From: Tubiluchus corallicola
Taxonomy: Eukaryota; Animalia; Priapulida
Reading direction: 5' to 3'
Length of the DNA: 64,000 nucleotides
Assembly: GCA_030141605.1 (NCBI GenBank)
Contig: JAQGDQ010000183.1
Span: forward strand, 362,241-426,240
Both the position numbers and the translations under genes were made by a program. Each line of letters starts with the position of its first letter. The first letter of the stretch is position 1. Below the pieces are notes generated by a model that was not told where the DNA came from, did no database searches, and was given only the letters and a program-made list of their open reading frames with translations. Positions 50,603 through 62,234 of the stretch are shown piece by piece.

Positions 50603-51580
50603 TAATCATTTTTTCATTTCAGTAAGGTGAGCGTGTTAATGATCGTACGGTCGTATGGTCGTACACTCACCTTGCACTAGTCAAATTATTACATCATTTA
50701 CTTCATCCTTATTTACATTAAGTTATCTACAGAAGCATGCATAACTATAATCATTTTTTCATTTAAGTAAGGCGAGTGTGTTAATGACCGTATGGTCGTA
50801 CACTCACCTCACACTACTCAAATTATTACATCATTTACTTCATCCTTATTTACATTAAGTTATCTACAGAAGCATGCATAACTATAATCATTTTTTCATT
50901 TAAGTAAGGTGAGTGTGTTGATGACCGTATGGTCATACACTCACCTCGCACTACTCAAATTATTACATCATTTACTTCATCCTTATTTACATTAAGTTAT
51001 CTACAGAAGCATGCATAACTATAATCATTTTTTCATTTAAGTAAGGTGAGTGTGTTAATGACCGTATGGTCGTACACTCACCTCACACTACTCAAATTAT
51101 TACATCATTTACTTCATCCTTATTTACATTAAGTTATCTACAGAAGCATGCATAACTATAATCATTTTTTCATTTAAGTAAGGCGAGTGTGTTAATGACC
51201 GTATGGTCATACACTCACCTCGCACTACTCAAATTATTACATCATTTACTTCATCCTTATTTACATTAAGTTATCTACAGAAGCATGCATAATTATAATC
51301 ACTTTTTCATTTAAGTAAGGTGAGTGTGTTAATGACCGTATGGTCGTACACTCACCTCGCACTACTCAAATCATTACATCATTTACTTCATCCTTATTTA
51401 CATTAAGTTACTACAGAAGCATGCATAACTATAATCATTTTTTCATTTAAATAAGCTGAGTGTGTTAATGACCGTATGGCCGTACACTCACCTCGCACTA
51501 CTCAAATTATTTTATTTAAAGTTTATTAATGTGTATGATATTGTATTTTGATGTGTGAAATAAAATTCATAGTTTATAGT
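50603..51580 (+). repeat. 137-bp tandem array x7 built from a hairpin-bearing retroelement 3' end
   Basis: AGGTGAGTGTGTTAATGACCGTATGGTCGTACACTCACCT every 137 bp; last copy runs into AATAAAATTC(ATAGTT)n. Confidence 0.9.
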
Positions 51581-52590
51581 AAAAGTACATTGTGCATAGG
51601 AACTGCGTACTGCCTACAAGAGGCGGCATACTAATCAATCGCGTAACGTATATGCGACTCACTGTATATTGGCAATAGTGTCGTCTACAACTAATATTAG
51701 GAAAAAATAAACTATAATAATTATAAATTATCTGGTAAATAATAACTAATTAATTACATTATTATTACAATCTCATTCCACATTTGTAGTCATTGAGGTG
51801 TCAACATTTATCAGAGTATTCCACCCACTTCAATCTGCAGCTAACAGCGTAAGTTCTTCTATTCTTAAACATAGGTTTGGTTGAAATTGTTGAACATCGT
51901 TATTTACCTTAGCTTTCCAAGTTGTTTTAGGTTTGCCAGGTGGTTTTTTTGCAAGATTTAAACGCTTCCTTCAAGGCGATTCTTACTGGTACTTTACTTG
52001 GTAATCTTAGAAGGTGTCCTAGCTTTCTTAATCTTTGGACCTTGACTTTTGAACTTCAAGGATTTTCTGTTATTCTAGTGTATCTATTTATTATTAAATA
52101 TCTTTTTTTTATTTATTATTTTTTCTTTTATTATTTTTAATTATTTAAAAAATAATAATTTAATTATTTAATTTTTTTGAATTTATTTCTCTTTTATTAG
52201 TGTGAATGACAAGCAGAGCTTTTGAATTCTTCCTCAGTTTAGCTCTTCCACTTCTGTGTCTTTCAAATGTACAACTCCCTGTTGTGCGAGAGAAACGAAT
52301 CGCTTTCTGACTCTCCTCTTTATGCTATTTGGAAACTGTCAGCTTGTGATGTCTTGCACCGTTCTCTATAAGACTGGGTACATACCCACAGTAATGCTTA
52401 TGACATGTTGGCAATAGTAATTTAACATGTTCTTCCGACTCTTTTTGCGGCTGCATCCATAGTAATGCGGCGATGCTATTTTTTGGTACGCATTCAAAAT
52501 GAAGCCCATTTTCTAGTGCCTTACATCCGTGGATACCACTGTATGTATAAAGCACAAATGAAAGCCGTAGAGCTGTACAATGCTAACCTT

Positions 52591-52869
52591 ATAATAATAA
52601 TAATAATAATAATTATCTTTATTTAAAGTCGGCTTTTGGGTCAACAATTAACATTAGCTCAAAGAACTATTATCGCCGACTGTAAATAACAGCCTACAAC
52701 TACATAACGGAGACTATTATTACCCCATTTTTATCCTAAATACCACGCGTCAGGCAGGGCAACAGCAGGTACCATTTTTAAAGTCTTTGGTATGACCCGG
52801 CTGCTGGTTCGAACTCACGACCTCCCAGACGGAAAGCAGACGCATTGCCACTAGACTAAACCGTCTGGT
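52591..52869 (-). mobile_element. tRNA-derived SINE, copy 2
   Basis: Near-identical to 3598-3873. Confidence 0.85.
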
Positions 52870-53019
52870 TAAAGTGGGTGGTATAAAGGGGTGTGTCTGT
52901 ATTCGAGATTCACTGATGCTGTACTACAATATGCCAGCAGCATGATATAGATTGGCACTTGCCCACACTTGAAAATATAAAAATTTATGGTATCATATTT
53001 TCGTGCCAAATTTACGTGG

Positions 53020-53445
53020 CAGAGTTCTCACGGTCAGGGAAAATCCTTGAAAATACAGGCTATCCCGGAAAGTCATGCACAAGTCAGGGGAAAAGATAGT
53101 TTGGTAAAAAGTCAGGAAAAATGATGAAAATGGGGCGAAAAGTCGGGGTAATTGGAAAGGTTTGCAAAAATAACCACCGTGAACTGATATTTTTCCAAAC
53201 ACATTTTTTAGCGATTCGTGTTCAAATAAAATTTTTGCTTTGACAGGTTCCCAGTTGTGATTTCTGTTCCAAAAATAATGTTTGGCCGACGCATTATATA
53301 TCAGTATATCTATGAATATCCATACACAAAAATGTTTGAATATGTATACTGGTAATGCAATTTCTGTTTATCTTGGTCATGGAAAATCAATATTTGGTCA
53401 GGGAAAAGTCATGGAAATTTATTTTAAGATTCTGTGGGAACCCTG
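53020..53445. mobile_element. Probable hAT-like MITE just upstream of the LSm6 acceptor
   Basis: CAGAGTTCTCAC.../...GTGGGAACCCTG ends and GTCAGGGAAA subterminal repeats; TSD not clear. Confidence 0.5.
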
Positions 53446-53493
53446 ATATGGTTAAACGATTCCGCTGAAAAATCATTTTTTTCAGACTGAGAC

Positions 53494-53739
53494 ATGTCTA
53501 TGAGCAGGAAGCAAACACCCAGCGAGTTTTTGAAGCAGATCATTGGTCGACCCGTTGTGGTCAAACTGAATTCCGGAGTGGATTATCGAGGGGTGTTGGC
53601 CTGCTTGGATGGGTACATGAACATTGCATTAGAACAGACGGAAGAGTACGTCAATGGTCAACTTAAGAACAAGTACGGCGATGCTTTCATTCGTGGCAAC
53701 AACGTGTTGTACATTAGCACTCAGAAACGCCGCATCTAG
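53494..53739 (+). CDS. LSM6: U6 snRNA-associated Sm-like protein LSm6, intronless CDS
   Basis: MSMSRKQTPSEFLKQIIGRPVVVKLNSGVDYRGVLACLDGYMNIALEQTEEYVNGQLKNKYGDAFIRGNNVLYISTQKRRI; acceptor tttttttcag ending 53485. Confidence 0.97.
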   Translation: MSMSRKQTPSEFLKQIIGRPVVVKLNSGVDYRGVLACLDGYMNIALEQTEEYVNGQLKNKYGDAFIRGNNVLYISTQKRRI

Positions 53740-54830
53740 TTCACATTGCATTCTTGCTGCAGATCAGTTTAATAGATCAGTAGCAACAACGTGTTGTACA
53801 TTAGCACTCAGAAACGCCGCATCTAGTGCGTATTGCGTTCTTGCTGAAGATCAGTTTAATAGATCAGTAGCAACAACGTGTTGTACATTAGCACTCAGAA
53901 ACGCCGCATCTAGTGCGTATTGCGTTCTTGCTGAAGATCAGTTTAATAGATCAGTAGCAACAACGTGTTGTACATCAGCACTCAGAAACGCCGCATCTAG
54001 TTCACATTGCATTCTTGCTGCAGATCAGTTTAATAGATCAGTAGCAACAACGTGTTGTACATCAGCACTCAGAAACGCCGCATCTAGTGCACATTGCATT
54101 CTTGCTGCAGATCAGTTTAATAGATCAGTAGCAACAACGTGTTGTACATCAGCACTCAGAAACGCCGCATCTAGTTCACATTGCATTCTTGCTGCAGATC
54201 AGTTTAATAGATCAGTAGCAACAACGTGTTGTACATCAGCACTCAGAAACGCCGCATCTAGTGCACATTGCATTCTTGCTGCAGACTAGTTTAATAGATC
54301 AGTGGCAACAACGTGTTGTTCATTAGCACTCAGAAACGCCGCATCTAGTTCACGTTGCGTTCTTGCTGAAGATCAGTTTAATAGTTCAGTGGCAACAACG
54401 TGTTGTACATTAGCACTCAGAAACGCCGCATCTAGTGCGTATTGCATTCTTGCTGAAGATCAGTTTAATAGATCAGTAGCAACAACGTGTTGTACATCAG
54501 CACTCAGAAACGCCGCATCTAGTGCACATTGCATTCTTGCTGCAGACTAGTTTAATAGATCAGTGGCAACAACGTGTTGTACATTAGCACTCAGAAACGC
54601 CGCATCTAGTGCGTATTGCGTTCTTGCTGAAGATCAGTTTAATAGATCAGTAGCAACAACGTGTTGTACATCAGCACTCAGAAACGCCGCATCTAGTGCA
54701 CATTGCATTCTTGCTGCAGACTAGTTTAATAGTTCAGTAGCAACAACGTGTTGTACATTAGCACTCAGAAACGCCGCATCTAGTGCACATTGCATTCTTG
54801 CTGAAGACCAGTTTAATAGTTCAGTGGCAA
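53693..54830 (+). repeat. 87-bp tandem array x13 derived from the LSm6 C-terminal codons, stop and 3' UTR start
   Basis: Unit begins inside the LSm6 CDS (GGCAACAACGTGTTGTAC...CGCATCTAG). Confidence 0.97.
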
Positions 54831-54918
54831 AATCAAGTGATTTTTTTTTGTGCATAAAAAGTGCCTTGCTCAACATTTTTTTTAATATTACATTCCTGTA
54901 TCTTATTTCATGTTCAGT

Positions 54919-55809
54919 ATGTCGGGCACTTTATTACTAAGCGAAGCAGAAAAAACATTTATTGTGCACGGTGTACAGGAGAATCTGCGGATTGATGGTA
55001 GACAATGCAGTGATTACAGACATATTGACATAGAGACAGACGTGATTTCTAGCGCTAACGGTTCTGCTAGATTGCGACTTGGTAAAACTGACATCCTGGT
55101 CGGCGTTAAAGCAGACTTGGTCGACACGCAGCCGGAAAGCCCGAACAAAGGGAGGCTGGAGTTTTTTGTCGACTTTTCTGCGAATGCCGCGCCAGAATTT
55201 GAAGGTAGAGGCGGAAATGAGCTTGCGTCTGATATTAGTAGCACACTGGCAAGGTCCTACAGCTCTCCTAGTTGTAAAAAAGTCCTGGAAACGCTGTGCG
55301 TAATCCCTAGGGAAAAGTCCTGGGTTCTTTACGTCGACATCCTGATCCTAGAGTGCGGAGGCAGTTTGTACGATGCCGCATCTGTTGCCGTGAAGGCTGC
55401 GCTGCACTCCGTAAAGATTCCCGCGATAAACGTCGTAAGCAAGGACGGCGGAAGACCGGAATTGGAGCTCTCGGATGATCCGCACGACTGCAGGAGAATC
55501 GAAACTTCCCACTTTCCGTTGATTGTCAGTTTGAGCAAGATTGGAGACAGTCACGTCGTCGATGCCTGTATGGAGGAGGAGACGTGTGCGTTTGCATCTC
55601 TGATGGTAGCCGTGACGACGTCGGGTACGATCACCACGATAAAAAAGTCCCATCATGGCAGCCTTCATCCGGAAAGCGTCTTCGAGATGATGGAAACGGG
55701 AAAGCAGGTCGGCGTGAAGCTGAACAAGGCACTGCTGAAGATTTTGCAAAAAGAGGAAAAACAACGAAAAGAGCCAGGCGTGGAAGGAACAGCAAGAGGA
55801 TTCTTATAG
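54919..55809 (+). CDS. EXOSC7: Exosome complex component RRP42 (RNase PH-like), intronless CDS
   Basis: LSEAEKTFIVHGVQENLRIDGR, NGSARLRLGKTDILVGVK, SANAAPEFEGRGG, WVLYVDILILECGG. ATG 54919 matches the family N-terminus (in-frame ATG also at 54910); ATTAAA at 56010. Confidence 0.96.
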   Translation: MSGTLLLSEAEKTFIVHGVQENLRIDGRQCSDYRHIDIETDVISSANGSARLRLGKTDILVGVKADLVDTQPESPNKGRLEFFVDFSANAAPEFEGRGGNELASDISSTLARSYSSPSCKKVLETLCVIPREKSWVLYVDILILECGGSLYDAASVAVKAALHSVKIPAINVVSKDGGRPELELSDDPHDCRRIETSHFPLIVSLSKIGDSHVVDACMEEETCAFASLMVAVTTSGTITTIKKSHHGSLHPESVFEMMETGKQVGVKLNKALLKILQKEEKQRKEPGVEGTARGFL

Positions 55810-56866
55810 ATTTGCCGCATCTTTGAAAGACTTTAAAATTGTGAAATGTATCAAGTGTCGACTACTTAGTAAATATGTTATCAAATGTTGCATTAACACT
55901 GATATCTTTTTCCCGTGAGTGATGTAAATATTGTGAAAAGTAGAGATGGTTCAGTTTTATCAGCTGCTTTTCGTAAAATAGTAATTTTTATCCATTTTCA
56001 TTTAAAAACATTAAATTTCTACTTTATTTTAAAATACCCATTGCCCACACAGTAATGCACTCACATCTCGGTTTGCCGGACAAAAGCGGGGAGACGTTGG
56101 TCCGAATTTGACGATTGTCCATATTTTCTGATACTCGGCTGTCTGTTAGACTCGTGGTAATGTGCAATTAATCGCTTAGTTGTCTGAAAAACATCTAGTA
56201 CAGGCCATTCCTGACGTACAAACAACACACGCATAGTTACTCCCGGCTTTGTTGTGCAGATGTAAGTAATGGCCTGCCAGCTAACGGTCAGCTCGCGAAA
56301 CAACGGATTGTGTCCGTAGTATGCAGGACTTTTAACGGTCCAGATTTATTCAGACTTTTCCGATATCCGTAAAAGGGAAGTCTGGCAAGCCGAGATGTGA
56401 ACGTACATCGATTGCATTTAGATCTTATATAACTAACGATCATCCATGAGTATGCATAGCTCCATCTATTGGGAAGAATGTGAAATTAGGGTTTTGCCCT
56501 AAATAATGTTGTGTGCACACGTGATTATGTACATCAAAACGAGAAATCAAGAAATGAAGTTCTTTTGTAAATTCCACCATATTTTGTTATTTTGAGAACA
56601 AAATGTGCTAAAATAGTATCATAAAGTAGCCAAGACTTGAAATTTTATTTGTTCACAGCAGAGCGGCAGTATTAAGGGTGCATCCACAAATTTCAATTTC
56701 GACTTAATTGCAGTAATGTGCTTCAGTTGAAGTTCCAGTATCATTTGACATTTTCTTTCAGATTAAGTCAATAGCGCTGTAGTAATTCAGTGTAGAACTC
56801 ATTTAAGGTGTGACGATTAACGTCAGATTTCCGGATTTACTTGGGAAATTACTTGATTGTTTAGAG

Positions 56867-57268
56867 CAGGGGTGTGCAAATTATCTGACTAGCCGGGCCA
56901 CATTAAACTTTCCTGCAATTCCTGTGGGCCACATGCAGTTTGGTCGAGGAGCCAAGTACAGTAGGACCTAATAACGATTTTTTTTGCATCCGATTTGCGT
57001 ACATCATTACTACTGCACTACTACACTCAAGAAACTATTTTAGAAGTTATTGAAATTTATATTAAAAATCATATTTCGTCATGTCCGACAGTGACATTAA
57101 GTGACAACGGTCTTGTAAGGGTTAATGCCATCCGATCTAGAGGAAAAAACTACCCGCACTATGGTGCAGATTTCAGCTGGATCGCATGGGCCGCACTTTC
57201 ATTATGTTGACAAACCTCTTCGCGGGCCACACAAGATCTCTCGGCGGGCCGCAGTTTGCACACCCCTG
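56867..57268 (+). mobile_element. hAT MITE family A (short form), TSD GTTTAGAG
   Basis: TIRs plus TSD. Confidence 0.92.
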
Positions 57269-57386
57269 GTTTAGAGTGACTTCATATAGTTCTGTCATCA
57301 AACAAGTTTTTTGATTGCTGAATGTGACGAAGCTGTAAACATTGTAGTTCATTTTGTTTTGGTGATTAGTTTTGTTAGTTTAATTT

Positions 57387-57934
57387 GTTAGACTCACATG
57401 AGTAGTTTGGCCACAGCTTCACCATTGTAGACCTTGTTAGACTTACATGTGTAGTTTGGCAACAGCTTCACTGTTAGACTTACATGTGCAGTTTGGTGAC
57501 AGCTTCACTGTTAGACTTACATGTGCAGTTTGGCGACAGCTTCACTGTTAGACTTACATGTGCAGTTTGGTGACAGCTTCACTGTTAGACTTACATGTGC
57601 AGTTTGGTGACAGCTTCACTGTTAGACTTACATGTGCAGTTTGGTGACAGCTTCACTGTTAGACTTACATGTGCAGTTTGGTGACAGCTTCACTGTTAGA
57701 CTTACATGTGCAGTTTGGTGACAGCTTCACTGTTAGACTTACATGTGCAGTTTGGCGACAGCTTCACTGTTAGACTTACATGTGCAGTTTGGCGACAGCT
57801 TCACTGTTAGACTTACATGTGCAGTTTGGCGACAGCTTCACTGTTAGACTTACATGTGCAGTTTGGTGACAGCTTCACTGTTAGACTTACATGTGCAGTT
57901 TGGTGACAGCTTCACCATTGTAGACCTTGTTAGA
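57387..57934. repeat. 37-bp tandem array x about 14
   Basis: GTTAGACTTACATGTGCAGTTTGGTGACAGCTTCACT repeats. Confidence 0.95.
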
Positions 57935-59033
57935 TTGTTGTAAGTTGATTATCAAAATACAGAATCTACATTATCTGCATTTCTTTAAATAATTCTTACC
58001 ATGGAAACTCAGTTTATTCACATCAAGAACACAATTACACAAGTCTAACTCAACAATTTAAACCAAAGACACTACATCAAACCTTGATGTATAAACCATA
58101 TAATATATATATAGTATTTGGGGAAAATACTTTGTAGTAATATGTAAACGAAGTGTATAGCATCGGTGACAGGACACAGCCTTGAGGAGCTCCTGTATTG
58201 ATTTATTGATAATCGTTTCATAAAATCAGATAAGATGTATTACTAAATCTGTGTGTTACTCCAGATGAAATTAGCATTAATTTCAATTTAGGCTCCACAA
58301 AGTAAGTAAAATGAAAAATAACAGTATTTTATTTACGCATTGTTAAACAAGTACTCCGGTTTTATAGGCTTTTCATAATAGTAAGCCCATTACATTGTAC
58401 AACAATTTTCGAGGCTATACAATGCAATATATTTCATGTTTTAAGCTTTAATAGACAAATCCTAGTGAAATATGCAAACAGAATGTTAACAGAACGTTTG
58501 CAATTTGCATCTTGTTTAATATGTATATATATATATATTTGCTGTAAAATAGATGTAATATTTGATAAAAACGTTACAACAGACATCAGTCAGTGTTAGT
58601 AGCTAAATTTTCCTGTTGAAGGCAAATGCGTCCGGTTAGTAATCTAAGAAAAATAATGTAGTTAGTTGCTACTTCTAAAATTTACAAATTACATTTACAC
58701 ACACAATTTTATTCAAATTATGTTACAAACGGTTAACGAGTCACAGAATGTACAATTTTAACTGGATACTTTTAACGCGAGAACTAATTGTACGTACCAA
58801 GAACTACACAACTCACACTATACAACAATAGGAAATTTTAAAGTACATACTTTACACAACACAAGAAATCACAGTATAAACATTATAACGCATTGAAACA
58901 TCATGTATACATAAATTTAGGACTGAGAGTCGATAACAGCACTGTGTGTTCATACTAAAGTAGTTGCTGATTACAGACTACGTATATAGTGAATTTAGAT
59001 GTATTAAAATTTACCATCTTGCATATACGTGAG

Positions 59034-59346
59034 TGATGTACCTGGATTTCTATCTAGTAGAAATAACGAAATACAGTACACCATTATGCGTGTCGCCGAA
59101 CTACTTTATTTACAATCCCACTTCTGACACCATGTTTTATGTTGATGTACCTGGATTTCTATCTAGTAGAAATAACGAAATACAGTACACCATTATGCGT
59201 GTTGCCGAACTACTTTATTTACAATCCCACTTCTGACACCATGTTTTATGTTGATGTACCTGGATTTCTATCTAGTAGAAATAACGAAATACAGTACACC
59301 ATTATGCGTGTTGCCGAACTACTTTATTTACAATCCCACTTCTGAC
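59034..59346. repeat. 109-bp tandem repeat x about 3
   Basis: TGATGTACCTGGATTTCTATCTAG... repeats. Confidence 0.9.
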
Positions 59347-59747
59347 GCATTAATACATTTACAACGTACAAGCAGTGTGTTCATCTATTTCTTGTAAACA
59401 GGTTTCATCGACGCAAGCAGGGGGGATACGTGTCGATAGCAGGTGCATCGTGTACCGTTTATCAAACGCGCATACCTGTCAAAAACTTAGTCGTAAAAAT
59501 TATTAATTATTTTCGATCGATAAAATTTTGCACGCGAAAATAGTTGCGACGTCACGAAGCTGCGTGAAGTACCCGTATTAAACAAGTTGCAAACGTTCTG
59601 TTAACATTCTGTTTGCATATTTCACTAGGATTTGTCTATTAAAGCTCAAAGCATGAAATATACTGCATTGTATAGCCTCGAAAATTGTTGTACAATGTAA
59701 TGGGCTTACTATTATGAAAAGCCTATAAAACCGGAGCATTTATTTAA

Positions 59748-60203
59748 CCCTTTCATACCCGTTGTATCCCATGGGATACGAGAATATTTTCTGCCCTTAA
59801 AATTAACAAAATTTTAAAACTGACAGTTATTTGATCTGTTAATAGTTATTTTGATTTAAGCCAATAACAATAGACTAAAAATGGTAATAAAATGGCAAAC
59901 TAGAAAATCTACATAGCATAAAAAACTGCGCAAGGTACAGTACTTTAGAGACGACTTTGTACAGATCAGCACAGCATGCATACTAAATGTCTTAAATACT
60001 TTAAAAAATTATCAGCAGTTGCAAAATGAAGCACATTTTATGCTTCCATTGAATCCCAATGTATCCCGTGGGATACAGGCTATATTTAGCACGCGGGCAC
60101 AGGTAGAAAAAAATAATTATGTGTAAACAAGATGGACATACTGAACAAAAGTACCAAGCCAAAAATTTTTTCTTATTAAAAAAATAATTTGGGACTGAAA
60201 GGG
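59748..60203. mobile_element. piggyBac-type MITE nested in the right TIR
   Basis: TTAA-CCCTTTCA...TGAAAGGG-TTAA. Confidence 0.88.
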
Positions 60204-60459
60204 TTAACAATGAGTAAATGAAATACTGTTATTTTTCATTTTACTTACTTTGTGGAGCCTAAAGTGAAAAATTATTGCTAATTTCATGTGGAGTAACACA
60301 CTTATTTAGTAATACATCTAATCTGTATTCTATCTGATTCTATGAAACGATTATCAATAAATCAGTACAGGAGCTCCTCAAGGCTGTGTCCTGTTACCGA
60401 TGCTATACACTTCGTTTACATATTACTACGAAGTATTTTCCCCAAATACTGTACTATGA

Positions 60460-61390
60460 TGGTAAAATTTAGCTGATGAAACAATGCTTACTGGCTTCAT
60501 TTGCAGTAACAACGAGAACAATTATTTTTGTGGAGGTTCAAAATTATGATGGTGCGAACTGAATAATTTAGAACTCAATGTTTCAAAAACAAAAGAGATG
60601 ATCGTAGATTTTAGAAAAAAGTCCGATGGAAAAACACCTTTACTTGTAAATAACGCAGACGTAGAAGTTGTTGAAGATTTCAAATTTCTACGAATAAAAT
60701 TTTCAGGTGATCTAAAATGGCCCGCCAGCGACCTTTTAAGACAGGGGTGTGCAAATTATCTGACTAGCCGGGCCACATTAAACATTCCCGCAATTCCTGC
60801 GGGCCACAGGCAGTTTGATCAAGGAGCCAAGTACAGAAAGGCCTAATAACGATTTTTTTGCATCCGACCTGCGTACATCATTACTATTACACTCAAGAAA
60901 CTATTTTAAAATTTATATTACAAACCATATATTTCTACTTTCAGGACAGATAGTGGTAATTTCATTACAATGCATATTAGTAATGTGTATCACACAGTCT
61001 GTGTAGTACAGTGACATTAAGCTACAACCATCATGTAAGGGTTAATGGCATCCGATCTAGTAGAAAAAACTACCCGCACTATCTTTGGGATCGTGGCACG
61101 GACTTCAGCTGGATACACTCAATTAATCGCCCAGGCCGCACTTTCATTAGGTTGACAAATCTCTTCGCGGGCCGCACAAATTCTCTCGGTGGGCCGCAAT
61201 TTGCACACCCCTGATTTAAGACAAGTTAAATCATTTAACATTGCCCTGCTGTGATGAAGAGATTTTTCAGGCAGTGATTAACAGTGACTTAACGACATAC
61301 GTCGCTCTCTGGTATGACGCTACAACGCAGGAAGCTCGCAAGGTTGTTAAATCCGCTTCAAAAATTGTAGGATACGAACAACAACCTATA
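60460..61390 (+). mobile_element. Degraded LINE RT C-terminal fragment (Rex1/Babar-like), interrupted by a MITE
   Basis: LELNVSKTKEMIVDFRK...VEVVEDFKFL...W; VVKSASKIVG. Confidence 0.7.
60742..61213 (+). mobile_element. hAT MITE family A, TSD (T/A)TTTAAGA
   Basis: TIRs plus TSD. Confidence 0.9.
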
Positions 61391-62114
61391 TATATATATA
61401 TAATAATCTTTATTTGCCATTAAAATACATTGATAATCACTGATAAAAACTTTACAGAGATGATCAATCAGTGTTAGTTAATAAAAACTTACACTGCTAA
61501 AGGCAAATGCATCAGTGCAATCTAAACTACTGTGCAGTAATGGAAAGTAACGACGAATAAAATCAAACGTATTTACAACTATGCACAAAAAAACTGAAAA
61601 AAAACTATGATTTAATTAATATGGCCATGAATATATGAATTCTGAATTAGTGTGTATGTTGTCGTACTGGTGTGATGGTATTTCATATCTGCTTAATATT
61701 AGTGATATATATATATATAATAGTAAATTTGATCACTGTGTATGACTTATTAGCACTTATGCAGCGTCTGATGGAATTTATTTTGTTCTAGCATATTTGT
61801 TGTAGAAACTACAAACTCTACAAACGTTTAGGCGTTAAAAAATCACACTAACGTTAACACGCCGCAAACAGTTGTGGAGCCGTCTGCTATAAGTAAGTTA
61901 TTGTTGTTTCACAGTGCACTTGACTCTTGAATGTTTGATAGGAGCGGCGACGGCGATTACCAACTTTAAGTTGGGACGACGACGACGATTTTTTAGCAGT
62001 CAGTGTTAATATCGCTGACTCTGTGAAAATAAAAAGTAAAATGAGAAAACTTATTATAATTTGAATAGGGCATTTCTTCCAACATTACTTTTAGGGACAT
62101 ATCTATGTAAAAGT

Positions 62115-62234
62115 AACTACGGCCAAATCACGCTGAAAACACCGGTTCTCGTCTGATCACCTAAGTTAAGCAACGTAGAGCCTGGTTAGTACTTGGGTGG
62201 GTGACCGCTTAGGAAGACCAGGTGCTGTAGGCTT
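62115..62234 (+). pseudogene. 5S rRNA-like sequence (SINE head)
   Basis: About 120-nt match to the 5S consensus with substitutions; no Pol III terminator. Confidence 0.8.

Larger units (their letters stand above)
58112..60451. mobile_element. Non-autonomous Tc1/mariner-like element with about 400-bp TIRs, TA-flanked
   Basis: 58112-58507 is the reverse complement of 59584-59747 joined to 60208-60451. Confidence 0.85.

Noticed and set aside
53654-54550. 211-aa and 82-aa Cys/Ala-rich repeat ORFs overlapping LSm6
   Set aside because: Alternative frame of the 87-bp array, broken by stops in variant units; no evidence of coding
55014-55826. Antisense and alternate-frame ORFs over EXOSC7 (similarly over Scm exons)
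   Set aside because: Shadow ORFs of GC-richer coding exons
62115-62234. Functional 5S rRNA gene
   Set aside because: Altered 5' end, substitutions, no oligo-T terminator, and fused to a body shared with a truncated dispersed copy
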